A stretch of DNA of 64,000 bases from a virus. Position numbers and translations under genes: made by a program. The DNA lies in IMG/VR virus record IMGVR_UViG_3300032516_000014, positions 1-64,000 of that record. The stretch is one strand, 5' to 3'. Numbering within the stretch: position 1 is the first letter of the stretch; each line of letters begins with the position of its first letter. Of this stretch, positions 26,004-39,720 are shown one piece after another. The notes under the pieces are model-generated. The model was not told the DNA's origin. It saw nothing but the letters and a program-made list of their open reading frames with translations, and did no database searches.

Positions 26004-27209
26004 TTACAACAACGTAATCTGAACCGCCATTAGGAGTGCCTCACCAGCCGGCCCGAGGTTATCAAGCGCCGACAGATTCGCAAGATGATAGTATTGAGTA
26101 ATCGCCTGCACTTCGTAAGTGGTATCATCTACGGCGTGCAGCACTCCCGACGCCGATACCAATCCGATTCCGGCGTTATCCGGGACGGCACTCCCACAAG
26201 GAAACCCAGCCGATCCAACTACATCCCCCGAATCCGATCCGTTTTCTACCGCACGGCTGTTCGACACGTCGTAAAGCCGCAACCGCGGCTGCGCAAACGA
26301 GGACCCCGCAAAAATCTGTATCCGGTACTCTCCCGCCGGCAACGTAAACTGATCTCCAGAAAAATCAAGACTCAACGCATCCGGGTCAATGATCGAAGTA
26401 AGCGGCACTCGCGTCCAAATATCGGAAACAGCCCAGCTAGTTAGTTGCCAAGGAGGCCCGGCTTGAGTGAACGCAATGGTCGCCACTTTACGAGTCTGCG
26501 CCGGCACGACGATCGCAGGCATGAAGTTTATCACCTGCCAGCCTGTGCCGTCGAAAGCCAATTGATAAATGCGATTCGGTTGCAGTTCGTTCGCCCCTAC
26601 CGCCACCGTCGCGTCGCGGCGAATCGGGTAGGCCGGCCCGCCGTTCAGCGCCAGGGTGGCGCCGGCTGCGTTCACGTATTGAAACTTCGCCAGCAGCCCG
26701 CAACTGGTATTCACGCCGTCCCCCAGCGCCGGTGTCGCAATCGAGCCGTCGGAATTCCGCAAGGCCGCGGTGTAAGTCGTGGCCCCCGCCGCGAACACGT
26801 AAAAACACGAATTCCAGTGCAGCTTCGGCTGAGTCACGATTCGGTCGGCAAGACATTCGGTGCGCCAAACGACTCCATCCCGCAGCTTCCCGTTGCTGTC
26901 AAAGACCAAAGCGACCAGCGCATTAAGGGCGTCCACCTTGCGGCCCGTGGGGGTGTCGGAAACGTCAAGCGGAACGTAACGCCGCGTCACGGAGTCCCAC
27001 ACCCGCCACGACAGTCCGCCTTTAAGCCAGGGGCCGACGTTCTGCCGAGGCTCCACGTCTCCTACCACAAACGTCAGGAACCCGAAGGGGGACACAATCC
27101 GAATCTGTTGCAGCCACTTGTCCGCAAACTTCTGCGGCGTCCCCGCGAAGGTCGGATCGAGGGGGGCCATCTCGATTAACAACTGCGAAGGAATCGGGAT
27201 TGAACTCAT
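26004..27209 (-). CDS. Tail fibre/appendage protein, paralog 2
   Basis: Shares VWRTECLADRIVTQPKLHWNSCFYV with 27206-28381; start MSSIPIP at 27209. Confidence 0.7.
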   Translation of the reverse strand: MSSIPIPSQLLIEMAPLDPTFAGTPQKFADKWLQQIRIVSPFGFLTFVVGDVEPRQNVGPWLKGGLSWRVWDSVTRRYVPLDVSDTPTGRKVDALNALVALVFDSNGKLRDGVVWRTECLADRIVTQPKLHWNSCFYVFAAGATTYTAALRNSDGSIATPALGDGVNTSCGLLAKFQYVNAAGATLALNGGPAYPIRRDATVAVGANELQPNRIYQLAFDGTGWQVINFMPAIVVPAQTRKVATIAFTQAGPPWQLTSWAVSDIWTRVPLTSIIDPDALSLDFSGDQFTLPAGEYRIQIFAGSSFAQPRLRLYDVSNSRAVENGSDSGDVVGSAGFPCGSAVPDNAGIGLVSASGVLHAVDDTTYEVQAITQYYHLANLSALDNLGPAGEALLMAVQITLL

Positions 27210-28381
27210 AGCTTGGTTATCTGAAGCCGGGCAAGAGAACCGACCCCGGTGTCTGAACACGTGTCGGTCAAGTATCTCGCACCGAGCGCGATCATCTGCA
27301 ACGAAATCGTGGTAGTGCCCGCCAATCGCGCCTGGCCAATCAAGAAAATCTCATCCCAGGTAGCACCCCAAACAAAAGACGTGTTACTCAAACAAGTCGG
27401 GTTTCCTCCACCATCGACAACTTCGGTGCCCGCCGTTACGTTATAGAGTCGCAGCCGGGCCGCGCCGTTTGCCGCGCCTGCACACTTCGCATGCGCAAAG
27501 ATTTCGTATGAACCTGCTGGCAGGGTAATCTGATACCCGGCAAAACCAGTCGTCATCGAGTTAGGATCGCACAGATCCGTCAGAGGAACGTCAGACCAGG
27601 CCGCGGGAATCAATTGCTGAAACAAGTTCCAAGGAACGCTCGTAACCTTGAAATACGCCAGGGCGCTCGGGTGCACCACGGATGCGCCTCCCGTCGCTGG
27701 GTCGAATCCCATGATCTGCCAGGAGGTGCCGTCAAACACGATCTGGTAAATCCGGCCCACCTCGATGTTGCCCCCCACAAGCGGAGTGCCGGTGCCCACC
27801 ACGATCGGATATGCGGTGCCCCCGTTCAGAGAGAAGGTCGAGGCGCCGGTGTTAGCGTTCTGAAACTTCACGAAGATGGCCAAGCTATCCGTGATGCCGT
27901 CTCCAAAAGTCGGTGTTGCAACACTTCCATCCGAGTTCAACAAGTTGGCGGAGTAGCCATTCACTCCAGTTGCCAGCACGTAGAAACACGAGTTCCAATG
28001 CAGCTTCGGCTGGGTCACGATTCGGTCAGCAAGGCACTCGGTTCGCCAGACGGTCCCGTCGCGCAACCGCCCGTTGTTGTCAAACACCGCATTGAAAAGC
28101 GCGGTGAGCCGGTCCACCTCTGCCGCTAGAGTGCTGTCAGAAATGTCGAGGGGAACGTAAGTCTTCAGCACCTCGTCCCAAACCCACCACGCGGTGCCGT
28201 TCTTGAGCCAGGGACCGGCGTTGAAAAGCGGCTGCGTGTCGCCTACGACGAAGGTAACAATTCCCGACGGGGAAGAGATCCGCACCCGCTGAATCAAATG
28301 CGTCGCGAAATCTTGCAGGTTGCCCTTGAACGCTGGATCGAGAGGGGCCAGCTCGACCACCAATTGAGTTGGATTCACCAT
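27206..28381 (-). CDS. Tail fibre/appendage protein, paralog 1
   Basis: ANTGASTFSLNG…YQIVFDGTSWQ fibre-type module; located in the tail region. Confidence 0.7.
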   Translation of the reverse strand: MVNPTQLVVELAPLDPAFKGNLQDFATHLIQRVRISSPSGIVTFVVGDTQPLFNAGPWLKNGTAWWVWDEVLKTYVPLDISDSTLAAEVDRLTALFNAVFDNNGRLRDGTVWRTECLADRIVTQPKLHWNSCFYVLATGVNGYSANLLNSDGSVATPTFGDGITDSLAIFVKFQNANTGASTFSLNGGTAYPIVVGTGTPLVGGNIEVGRIYQIVFDGTSWQIMGFDPATGGASVVHPSALAYFKVTSVPWNLFQQLIPAAWSDVPLTDLCDPNSMTTGFAGYQITLPAGSYEIFAHAKCAGAANGAARLRLYNVTAGTEVVDGGGNPTCLSNTSFVWGATWDEIFLIGQARLAGTTTISLQMIALGARYLTDTCSDTGVGSLARLQITKL

Positions 28382-28385
28382 AATC

Positions 28386-28529
28386 TTACAGGGTCATGAA
28401 CACCGTTGCGCCCGAGCCGGACACCGGGGCCGACGAGGGCAGCCCGGTCGGTTCGCCGAAGAACGCAGGGCTCTCGTAATCGTCCGGGATTTCCCGGCGG
28501 GTGATCGGTCTGGAAACTTCGTCGTTCAT
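28386..28529 (-). CDS. Small hypothetical protein (MNDEVSRPITRRE…)
   Basis: ATGA-coupled to the upstream stop. Confidence 0.5.
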   Translation of the reverse strand: MNDEVSRPITRREIPDDYESPAFFGEPTGLPSSAPVSGSGATVFMTL

Positions 28530-31306
28530 TTTGTCATTGTGTGCACGTCCACGAGCACCCCGCCCTTGGTGATGCACGTCAGCGTAAACGTCACCGGGGT
28601 TGCCCAGATTCGCATCGCAAAGTTGTCCGTGCTGGTTTCCGAATACCGGACCACACTACCCGGATACACCAGCGCCGGGTTGAACAGTCGCATCGTATTC
28701 TGGCCGCCGCCCCCGCCCGCAATGAAGTCGCAGCCACCAATCACCAAGCGTTCATAAACGTGCGAATGCCCCGACAACACCAAATCCGCGCCCCACGCAT
28801 GGAACGGCCAGCGCAGCCGAAGCTGGCCTGGATAATAGTTGTTGGTCGTGGTGCCCGAGACATACGGCGCCTGGTGCATGACGACAATCTTCCACGGCGC
28901 CGTCGAACTGGCCATAGCCGCCTGAAGCCAGAGCGCCTGCACCGAGGTCTCATCGTTACCGTCGGGCTCGCACACCGGCAACCCCGTGCCCGAGCTGGCG
29001 GTGTTGATGCCCGTGCTGAGGACGAACACCTCGATGTTGCCCACGCGCCGGGAGAAATACCTCGCCTGGCCCAGGAACCCAAACAGGAACGCGCCACACC
29101 CAAGATCGAAGTCGTGATTTCCCGCCGCGGCGATCAGCGTGCCATTCGTCACAAAAGACGAGTAAGCCGCCAGCGCCGGGGTGTAATTCGCCGGATTTGC
29201 CGAGTCGTTGATGTCCCCGCCCATGACCACGAGGTCGGGATTCCAGCTCAACACTTCGGCAGCGACCGAGTTATGATTCGCGCTCGGAAGCCCGGTGTCC
29301 GAGACGAAAGCAATCACCGTTTGGCCAGCCACAGGGACCAACGGCGCCGCCGGCTGCCCCACGAACAACCCAATAGAATAATCCGGCGGACAAATCGCCT
29401 GCAAGTGCTGCACAGCGCGCTGCGTCGCAATTTGTAGCGCCACTTTGTCCGCCGTCTCCTGGCTAATGTGGGACCGGGCCACGGCCGTTTGCGTGGTAGT
29501 CCGACCTTTGAGGGCCAAGGTAATCGACTGCATCGAATCGTAAACGTCCGCGCTTGCGTTAAGCGGCGTGAGATCCCCCGCCGCCGCCGCACCGTCAAAT
29601 CGCACCGCTCGAACAGTAGATTCATCAGCCTCGCAAACACCCTCAGCCTGCTCCGCCTTCATGTCCGCGAAAGCCCGGCACTCCAGGATCGCCGCCTGGC
29701 CACACCACGTGACCAACAACTGAAACGCATAGTCCCGCTGCTCCTGATCTGCGCTTTCCACTCCGGCGGAGGAATCGAGCAGCTCATACGTCGCCCGAAT
29801 GTCCGCGGTCCGGGTCCACCGGGACTGCTTCTTGTAGGCGAACACTTGCGAGGCCATCGTCAATTGCGCCTGCGCATCTAAATCTCCTGTCGGCGCCTCC
29901 ACCCGCTTCAGCAACGCGGTCTTGTATTTCCCCCGCTCCGCCCCGGCCCACTGGACCTTCATGTCCACCACGCCGCTTAGCTCCCCCCAGTGAATGTCCG
30001 CGTAGCGGAGGTGCTTCTTGCCCCTGGTGCCGAATTGCAGCGCGCGCATCTCCACCCAAGCGGTAATGTCAACGCCATGATCCTGCCGCTCAGACTGGAA
30101 GGCCTCCCACAACCGGTTGGTGCCGTCGTAGTCCACCGAAATGTGGAAACAACGCTCCTGCCCGTTCACGTCTCCGCTGGCCCACTCCACCGGCCGGGTG
30201 CCAGTCCAGAACGCATTCCACACCGCCGGAGACTTCTCCGTCAGCGTGGTGAGCACGTTGTGATCGAGAACCCACGTATGGTGGTTGTAGGCATCGTGCA
30301 CCGGAACACTCACCAAGAGGTAATTCTCGAACCGAGAGCACGCAATAAACTCCTGGCGATTCCACATCCTCGACTTGCTGTCTGCCATTTCGTTGTCAAG
30401 AATGAAAAACTCGCTCGTCTGCTGCACGGACCGCGCGGCGTCGTAGGAGGTCAGCCCGTATTGCGAGAACCAATAAAGGCGGCCGTGCAAAGAAATCACT
30501 GACCGCTGCGATTTGCAACCGATGGTCGGAAAAAGAGTGGTCTGGAAATCCTGGATGCTGGTCCACAAGTTCCGCTGCAACACCTGCGACTGAAACATCG
30601 TGGTGTCCTTCTCCGAAAACACCAACAGGTTTTGAGGAGCGCCCGATCCCCCCACGTTCGCCATCGCCGTAACCTCGTGCTCCAACATGAACGCATCCGT
30701 GCCGCCCAGGTAAAGGTTCTCGGTATAGTGAAACGGGTCCCAGATGTCAGAGGCGTAGATTAAATTCCGCTGCGCCACCCACAACCGATTGCCGCTCCAG
30801 CACATCGCAGTGCCCTGGGGCACGCCGTCGGGGTCTGTGGTATGCCCGCACGCGCTGCCGTCATACCAAGCCGGCGGCGCGTAGCCGTCCTGCATGAACA
30901 GAATCAACCGGGGCCGAACGAAAGACAGCGATCCGTCCGGGTTCAGCGTAACCGCCTGCTGTGCGTCAGCCCAAAATATCTGGTCCGCATAAGGGCAGAA
31001 GGTAATCTCCGACAACCAGGTAAAGGTCGTGAAGGGCGGCTCCGAAACATACACCTTGCCTTCTACCACTACCACAAGCTGGGGCGTGGCTTTCAGCGGG
31101 CGGAACAGATGCAACCCTTGCAACTTACCTTCGGGCAGGTTACACATCCACCGATACCCAGGCCGGGTCTGCACGACGCCACCGCGGTTCACCACGTTCA
31201 TGCCGCGGCAATACGTGCCTTGCGCAAGCTTCAGCGAGTCAGACTGCGAGTCTTGACCGAGCAAGAAGTTGAGCTCGCCGTCGGATTGGAAGGTAGGAAG
31301 CGGCAT
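28526..31306 (-). CDS. Tail nozzle/stabilisation-like protein fused to a C-terminal calcineurin-like phosphoesterase
   Basis: MNVVNRGGVVQTRPG start and beta-propeller-like body; C-terminal SDTG, GGDIND, GNHD, HQAPY, GHSH. Confidence 0.75.
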   Translation of the reverse strand: MPLPTFQSDGELNFLLGQDSQSDSLKLAQGTYCRGMNVVNRGGVVQTRPGYRWMCNLPEGKLQGLHLFRPLKATPQLVVVVEGKVYVSEPPFTTFTWLSEITFCPYADQIFWADAQQAVTLNPDGSLSFVRPRLILFMQDGYAPPAWYDGSACGHTTDPDGVPQGTAMCWSGNRLWVAQRNLIYASDIWDPFHYTENLYLGGTDAFMLEHEVTAMANVGGSGAPQNLLVFSEKDTTMFQSQVLQRNLWTSIQDFQTTLFPTIGCKSQRSVISLHGRLYWFSQYGLTSYDAARSVQQTSEFFILDNEMADSKSRMWNRQEFIACSRFENYLLVSVPVHDAYNHHTWVLDHNVLTTLTEKSPAVWNAFWTGTRPVEWASGDVNGQERCFHISVDYDGTNRLWEAFQSERQDHGVDITAWVEMRALQFGTRGKKHLRYADIHWGELSGVVDMKVQWAGAERGKYKTALLKRVEAPTGDLDAQAQLTMASQVFAYKKQSRWTRTADIRATYELLDSSAGVESADQEQRDYAFQLLVTWCGQAAILECRAFADMKAEQAEGVCEADESTVRAVRFDGAAAAGDLTPLNASADVYDSMQSITLALKGRTTTQTAVARSHISQETADKVALQIATQRAVQHLQAICPPDYSIGLFVGQPAAPLVPVAGQTVIAFVSDTGLPSANHNSVAAEVLSWNPDLVVMGGDINDSANPANYTPALAAYSSFVTNGTLIAAAGNHDFDLGCGAFLFGFLGQARYFSRRVGNIEVFVLSTGINTASSGTGLPVCEPDGNDETSVQALWLQAAMASSTAPWKIVVMHQAPYVSGTTTNNYYPGQLRLRWPFHAWGADLVLSGHSHVYERLVIGGCDFIAGGGGGQNTMRLFNPALVYPGSVVRYSETSTDNFAMRIWATPVTFTLTCITKGGVLVDVHTMTK

Positions 31307-31318
31307 GGTTCGTTTAGG

Positions 31319-31483
31319 TTATGGTGCCGGCGGCGGAGATTGAGCCGGATGCAACGCTTGCACAATCGTCTGCACCGCTTGCGCGATTTGTTGATGCTCG
31401 TCCGCCGTCGCACGAACTTGACGAAGCACGGTGATAACAAGCTGGACAGCTTGCTCCAATTGAGAGTTGACAGGGTTAGTCAT
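31319..31483 (-). CDS. Small helical protein, possible fibre chaperone
   Basis: MTNPVNSQLEQAV…, ATGA-coupled. Confidence 0.5.
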   Translation of the reverse strand: MTNPVNSQLEQAVQLVITVLRQVRATADEHQQIAQAVQTIVQALHPAQSPPPAP

Positions 31484-32270
31484 AAATAATATCCACCGTT
31501 CGCAGCAACACCCGCCACATTTCCCGGAAAATAGTTTGCTCCGCCGCCCGAGTAAAGCACCGAGTTGTATTCCGTAAGATACCGCCGCGCCGTCACGTTC
31601 AATGGATTCACAAACGTAAGACCCCAAGCCGTCGCCCAAGAAATATACTGCGCCACCGCAAACTCGGTAAACGTGACGGCTGCGGAAATCGTCAACGTCT
31701 GGCCAGTCGCAGATAACCAGCCCAACTGGGCCGAGCGGAAATGTGCATACCCGCCCCCAGAAATCGTGTAGCCCCCCGTGCACACACTCTTGCCGTCCCC
31801 CACTGCATAGACGTGCGTGCCGTTATTCGCGGTGGCAGACCCGAAATTCAAATTTTGATGAGACAAAATGCCCTGGTTGACAAACAGCAAATTCGACCCC
31901 GCGCCAGTCGTCGAAAGCTGGAAGTCTTTTACCACAAAAGAACCAGGAACCGAAAGCGTAACCACCGAGTCGCTGTTACTCACTACCGACACATTCGCCG
32001 GGGTGCCCGCGTTGCCTTGAATCGTCAACGTTCCTGCACCCGTCATTTGCTTCAACACCAGCCCGGCCGCTGTGTAAGTTCCGTCAGCGATCTGAATCGT
32101 CACACCGTAGATCGCCGTGTCCACGGAGGCAACCGTGTCGATCGCCTTCTGGATAGTCAAAAACGGCGTCCCAACTGCGAGACCATCATTAGCGTCGTTT
32201 CCAGTGGTCGCGACGTAATACGTGCGCGCCGCCGTCAACAGCTCGCGCGCCGGCAATCGTTTCAGATAGC

Positions 32271-32274
<4 letters not shown>
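31480..32274 (-). CDS. Tail fibre/spike protein with beta-helix-like domain
   Basis: YYVATTGNDANDG…PFLTIQKA…IQIADGTY motif. Confidence 0.75.
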
Positions 32275-35008
<2,734 letters not shown>

Positions 35009-35012
<4 letters not shown>

Positions 35013-35980
35013 CGAATGTCTTCATCCCAGCGAGTCGATGCAACCGCTCCACGGTCCATGATCTGCGGCGGCATGAAGGTCTGCGGCGTGCGGGCTTGCT
35101 GCTCTTCCATCAGCCAGCGCAACGCGTGCACCTCGAAGGTGGCCCCGTTGGTCACGTCAGAGTCCACGTCGTAAAACTTCATCGCCTTGAGCATCATGAG
35201 AATGGCCCACGGCGAATTGAGGGGAATGAGGTCGGTCAGCGTCGCAAACTGAATCGACCGGCGCCGGAAGCACAGCCGGACCCAAGTGCTCTCGCGAGAG
35301 ATCTCAATCCGCCGATACATCGGCTCGGTCTCGTTCCACTGGAACACCCCAAGCAAAGTGCCAGTATCACAAGCAGTATTCGGCCGGTGCGAGAAATCGA
35401 AACTGGACAGCCGCACCCGATCCGTGGTAACGGCTTTGCGCACGCGAGCGACCCGACCCACAACAGGATCATCCACCGAAGGCAACGCATACCGATAAAG
35501 CGTCGGCACCCGGTAGCCATCCACCCACCCGATGGTGTCCTGGGAACGAATCCACTTGCCCGTGCTGTCGTAGCCGTAAACCCACAGCTCGCAATTCTCG
35601 TCCGCCTGGTTCTCCACAAACGCAACCAGCCGGCTCGGCGCCTTGAGGTCTTTGTGCGTCGGCCACTCGCCGTTGTCCTTCCAGGACCAATCACAGGGGA
35701 TCTTGCAGTCGCCCACTCCATTCAAGTGGAAAGAAAACAACTGATCATGCGCCAAGGTAGGCTTGCCCCCGATATTCACCGCAAGCACCGTCTCCACTTC
35801 CCGGGGCAGGGTAATGCACTTCTCAGTTGCGCAAATGTCAACGAACCCGATCAGGGGGTCCCAATCCCCCTTGTTGGCCAGCAACTCAACCGCCAACGTC
35901 ATCCGACGCAACAGAGTTGCCTGATCACAAATACCGGTGATCCGCTTCGCATCGTCCCAAATCTCGCCGACCGTGATCAT
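35009..35980 (-). CDS. Probable tail adaptor (tubular A-like) protein
   Basis: MITVGEI… start, ITLPREVETVLAV; lies between head and nozzle genes. Confidence 0.55.
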
Positions 35981-35983
35981 AGG

Positions 35984-36334
35984 TTACTCGCCTTCGTCGT
36001 CGTCGTCGTCGTCTTCGTCGCCCCGAACCTCCGCCGCAACTTCCTCGAACCGCTCTTCGGCAGTCGGCGTGTGCTTGTCCTCCGGCGTCACGTCGAGAAT
36101 TTCCTTCACGTCGATCTCAAGATTCCGCGTGCCCCGCTTGACGTTCCGGTTGTCCTGCTTCACTTCGTATTTCACCGTGAGCGTGCCCTCCGACGGGAAG
36201 TCTTTCAACGCCTGCCCCTCGTCGAGAATGAGGTAAAGCGTCGGATACTCCACGCGCTTTTCACCAGTCGAAGACGGCGCCTCGCACGGACAACAAGGCC
36301 CTCCACCTTCACGACCAAGATCGATTGATTTCAT
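35984..36334 (-). CDS. Acidic hypothetical protein
   Basis: Start MKSIDLG at 36334; poly-Asp tail. Confidence 0.65.
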   Translation of the reverse strand: MKSIDLGREGGGPCCPCEAPSSTGEKRVEYPTLYLILDEGQALKDFPSEGTLTVKYEVKQDNRNVKRGTRNLEIDVKEILDVTPEDKHTPTAEERFEEVAAEVRGDEDDDDDDEGE

Positions 36335-36335
36335 A

Positions 36336-37478
36336 TCAGTAATAGTAAACCACCAGGAAAGCTTTCCGGTTGCCCGTTGTGTCCGTAGTCGCACCAGTGC
36401 CCTGCCGCGCATAAAGATTCACCAGCAACGGATCATCCGAAGAAAACGAAGCCAGAGATCCCTCGAACGAAACCGCGACTGCGAGCTGGTTGTCCGCCAC
36501 GGCGGGAGAGACAAAGTTCGCGAGGTCCGTGCCGCCCCAGAGCGTTCCCGTCGGATAAACCTCTGTGTCAAATGTCGGTAAACCGCCGGCTTTCACTTTG
36601 AAAGTGCCAATGCCTTGCGCGGCCCCGGCACCGTTCGATACTAAAACGTCCTGGAACAAGATCCGGCAAAGGCCCCAAGACTTACTTGGGAGAGCCACGA
36701 TACTCCACGACCAAAGCGCGGTATCCGTAGCCCCGAGGGCAGTGCCGGAAGCAGTGCCCCGATCCACGATCATGTTCGTCGCACCACCAAGCCCCGTCCC
36801 GGCTGGACCTGTGGCACCGGTTGTGCCAGGAGGCCCCGCCACTCCCGTCGATCCCCCCGGCCCCGCCACTCCAGTCGCACCAGTCAAACCCGTAGGCCCG
36901 GTTGCGCCAGGAGGCCCAGCACCAACCACCAAAGATGAAATCGGAACCGTGACCAGATGCCCAGATAACTCCTGCACCAACTGCAACACAATCATGTTGG
37001 CGCCGACCACAGAAACCTGGTAATACCCCGAGCCCGCAATCACCAGCCAAGCCCCAGGAACAATCCAGGCCGTCGAAGTCACCGGAATCGTCACTGTTGC
37101 CCCCACAACAGGGTGCAAAAACGCAGCCGACGTGAAAGACCACGGCGGAGCCCCATCCACTCCCGCCGGACCCTGTGGACCTTGCGGGCCAACCAAGCCC
37201 ACAATACCGTTGAGGAACAGCCGCAAGAAATAGCACGCAAGACCTTCGCCCGCCGTGCGCGGATTCGAGGGCAGCCCGATGTCCAGGTTGCACGGGAGCA
37301 CCCACACGACTTCGCCGTTCACCACCGTCTTAGTAACGGTGCCGAAAAACGACTCGATGAAATTGTCCAGAGCAGACTCCAACGGCTCATTGTCCGCCGT
37401 GACTACCGTCGGGCACGAGCACGGGTTGATGCACCCGCAATTGGTAACGCAATCACCGCCACAACTTTCGCAAGACAT
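36336..37478 (-). CDS. Collagen-like fibre protein with Cys-rich N-terminus
   Basis: CESCGGDC…CGC..PCSCP; two Gly-X-Y tracts. Confidence 0.75.
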   Translation of the reverse strand: MSCESCGGDCVTNCGCINPCSCPTVVTADNEPLESALDNFIESFFGTVTKTVVNGEVVWVLPCNLDIGLPSNPRTAGEGLACYFLRLFLNGIVGLVGPQGPQGPAGVDGAPPWSFTSAAFLHPVVGATVTIPVTSTAWIVPGAWLVIAGSGYYQVSVVGANMIVLQLVQELSGHLVTVPISSLVVGAGPPGATGPTGLTGATGVAGPGGSTGVAGPPGTTGATGPAGTGLGGATNMIVDRGTASGTALGATDTALWSWSIVALPSKSWGLCRILFQDVLVSNGAGAAQGIGTFKVKAGGLPTFDTEVYPTGTLWGGTDLANFVSPAVADNQLAVAVSFEGSLASFSSDDPLLVNLYARQGTGATTDTTGNRKAFLVVYYY

Positions 37479-37493
37479 AGTCGTTTCCTTTCC

Positions 37494-37724
37494 TCAGAGC
37501 GAGAGGTTTGCTACTTCCAACCAAATTCGGAGAATCTTCAGTTCCACAAGCGCCGGCCCGTCCCCCGCGTGATACGTGTTCTCCGCCTGCGCCACCGCGG
37601 GGATCTGCGAGAACGCAAACGTTGCAGCCGCGTGCTGCAACACCTGGATGTTCCTCGCCACCCGCACCGGATCAACCGGGATAGGAGGCTGCACCTGTCG
37701 AACTACATCGCTTGAAAAAGACAT
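37494..37724 (-). CDS. Small structural protein, paralog of 39450-39695
   Basis: AENTYHAGDGPALVELKILR. Confidence 0.7.
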   Translation of the reverse strand: MSFSSDVVRQVQPPIPVDPVRVARNIQVLQHAAATFAFSQIPAVAQAENTYHAGDGPALVELKILRIWLEVANLSL

Positions 37725-37733
37725 ATCGTGTCC

Positions 37734-39230
37734 TTAGATGGGATACCTACTGATCGTCAACGAAGCCGAAGCCACGCCTTCATCCGCCGTTGTGGCGGGA
37801 TACATTTTCCCCACCGAGTTAATGGCGGCGTCGATGGCGCTTGTCAACGGCGTCAGAGTTCCCGAGGGACCGAGCACGCCTGTCACCGAGCCCTTAAACG
37901 TTCCGCCTTGGGTCATCGACAAACTCAACTGCGCATCCAGCGCTGGGTCAACTCCTGTCAGCAGAGGCATGCCCACCAATCCAGAGTAGCCAAAGATCAC
38001 CATCGTAACCCCCCACGTATGCGATTCCCCGCCCCAATCGTCATAGCCGGGACACGGAGGCCCGCTCTTAGGATTCGGCGGCGAGTCCCAATATGAAGCG
38101 GACGACCAAAACGTGCGACTGCCTCCCATGAGCACGTAAATCGGGTTAGCCAGGGCCGAAGCGAGCGAAGCCGCCCAGGTCATCGAGTAACAATTTCCGA
38201 GGCTACCGCACAAAACTATGCAACTGTCCCCATGCTCAGATGCCGTGGTCATGCAATTGACGGGAGCCGGCACTGGGAACTGGTGGTAAAACGTGCTAGA
38301 ACATCCGCTCGCAACGAACCCGCCATGCCCGAAAACCCTCAGATGACCGCCGCCTCCGCCCGGCTCGATAAGCACCGCCTTATCTACCACGATCGCTGTC
38401 ACCGGAGAAGCCACTCCCCCGCCGTCAATGTGCACCACCTTATACACGCCCCCGAAACTCGCCAACTTAGCGTTGCTCGCGGTCGTCGGCGACGCAATCG
38501 TCGGCGTCGAACCGTCCGAGGTAATGTGCGTCGAGGTTCCAGGAACCGGGTCAAACGTGGGCACCACCGGGAGACCTGAATCGATGTCGTAAAGCACCCG
38601 GGTATTCGGATAAACAACCCCGCCGTCGATCACCGGAGGCGACGAAGGTGCAGGCGTCGTGCCGAAGACCTGCGTGATCTGGGGCACCTCTACGAACGGA
38701 GCACAGAACACCGTGTTGAGCGTGCGCCAACCCGATACAAAACCTCCCGCGTGCACCGCTCGAATCCGCAGCACCCGCCCTCCGCACATATTCTGGATCA
38801 ACAACTGCCCGCCGACCAAGTCCGCAGGAGTGCACGAGAACCAATCAGCAAAGTCGGAGCCACCCGGCGTGGCAGACAACTGCACTTCGTAGGACTCGAT
38901 CGTTCCGGGCGCACCGAAGGTCAGATCGAGAGTGGCCCCGTCCGGCCCACACGCGATAGTCACGTCCGGTACCGAGGCCGCGGAGCCGCTGCCCCACTGA
39001 TTCAGCAGCTCCAACCGGGTGCGTTCCGTCTTCAGATCGATAGCCGCAGGAGAATCTCCAATACGATAGAGATTCTCGAATTGAGCATCCGGGGGCAACA
39101 GCGAGTAGCGCAGCGAGCTGTTGAACTTCTGCAACAACTGGCACGCGCGCGACAAGCAGCAAGAAGCGTCTTGCTGATACGCCGCCCACTCGGGCTTAGG
39201 CAACCCGATAATGTCGCCGGCAAAGCTCAT
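37734..39230 (-). CDS. Probable virion structural protein with Ig/FN3-like region
   Basis: N-terminal ENLYRIGDSPAAIDLK; YEVQ…RIRAV…SGW FN3-like pattern. Confidence 0.6.
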   Translation of the reverse strand: MSFAGDIIGLPKPEWAAYQQDASCCLSRACQLLQKFNSSLRYSLLPPDAQFENLYRIGDSPAAIDLKTERTRLELLNQWGSGSAASVPDVTIACGPDGATLDLTFGAPGTIESYEVQLSATPGGSDFADWFSCTPADLVGGQLLIQNMCGGRVLRIRAVHAGGFVSGWRTLNTVFCAPFVEVPQITQVFGTTPAPSSPPVIDGGVVYPNTRVLYDIDSGLPVVPTFDPVPGTSTHITSDGSTPTIASPTTASNAKLASFGGVYKVVHIDGGGVASPVTAIVVDKAVLIEPGGGGGHLRVFGHGGFVASGCSSTFYHQFPVPAPVNCMTTASEHGDSCIVLCGSLGNCYSMTWAASLASALANPIYVLMGGSRTFWSSASYWDSPPNPKSGPPCPGYDDWGGESHTWGVTMVIFGYSGLVGMPLLTGVDPALDAQLSLSMTQGGTFKGSVTGVLGPSGTLTPLTSAIDAAINSVGKMYPATTADEGVASASLTISRYPI

Positions 39231-39234
39231 GCGA

Positions 39235-39423
39235 TCAGTTAGCCGGACCAGAACGCAGATACGTAGAGGCCCAGCTCAAAAAGGCCTCGCGATTACCGGG
39301 CGGAACTTGATGCAACGCAGCCCGAGCCGCGGCAAGATCCGCAGCAACACCGACGGGAAGCGGCTGCCCGGCATTCGCCAAGGCAATCAACTGTGAGAGA
39401 GATGGTCGAGGAGGTGAAGGCAT
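39235..39423 (-). CDS. Small hypothetical protein
   Basis: 62-aa ORF with upstream AAAGGA. Confidence 0.55.
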   Translation of the reverse strand: MPSPPRPSLSQLIALANAGQPLPVGVAADLAAARAALHQVPPGNREAFLSWASTYLRSGPAN

Positions 39424-39449
39424 ATTAGAATCCTTTCAAGGTTTCGGAA

Positions 39450-39695
39450 TTATGGCCACATGATGTAGAGCCACGCGAAGGTCATCTCCACGAGAAACCG
39501 CTGAATCTTCAGCGCCACCGTGGCCGGAGAGTCGCCCTCGACGTAGTGGTTCTCGGCGTAAATGTCCGGCATGAAGAACCAGAAAATCGGATTCGCCTCC
39601 AGGTGTTTCAGCACGTTGATGTCTTGCCGAACCTTCGTCGGGTCCAGGGGGAGCGGCGGGTTTGCCAGCTCCGTGATGTCGCTTGTGTATGCCAT
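39450..39695 (-). CDS. Small structural protein, paralog of 37494-37724
   Basis: AENHYVEGDSPATVALKIQR. Confidence 0.7.
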   Translation of the reverse strand: MAYTSDITELANPPLPLDPTKVRQDINVLKHLEANPIFWFFMPDIYAENHYVEGDSPATVALKIQRFLVEMTFAWLYIMWP

Positions 39696-39720
39696 AATCT
39701 TACTGATTGAGTTACCGAGT

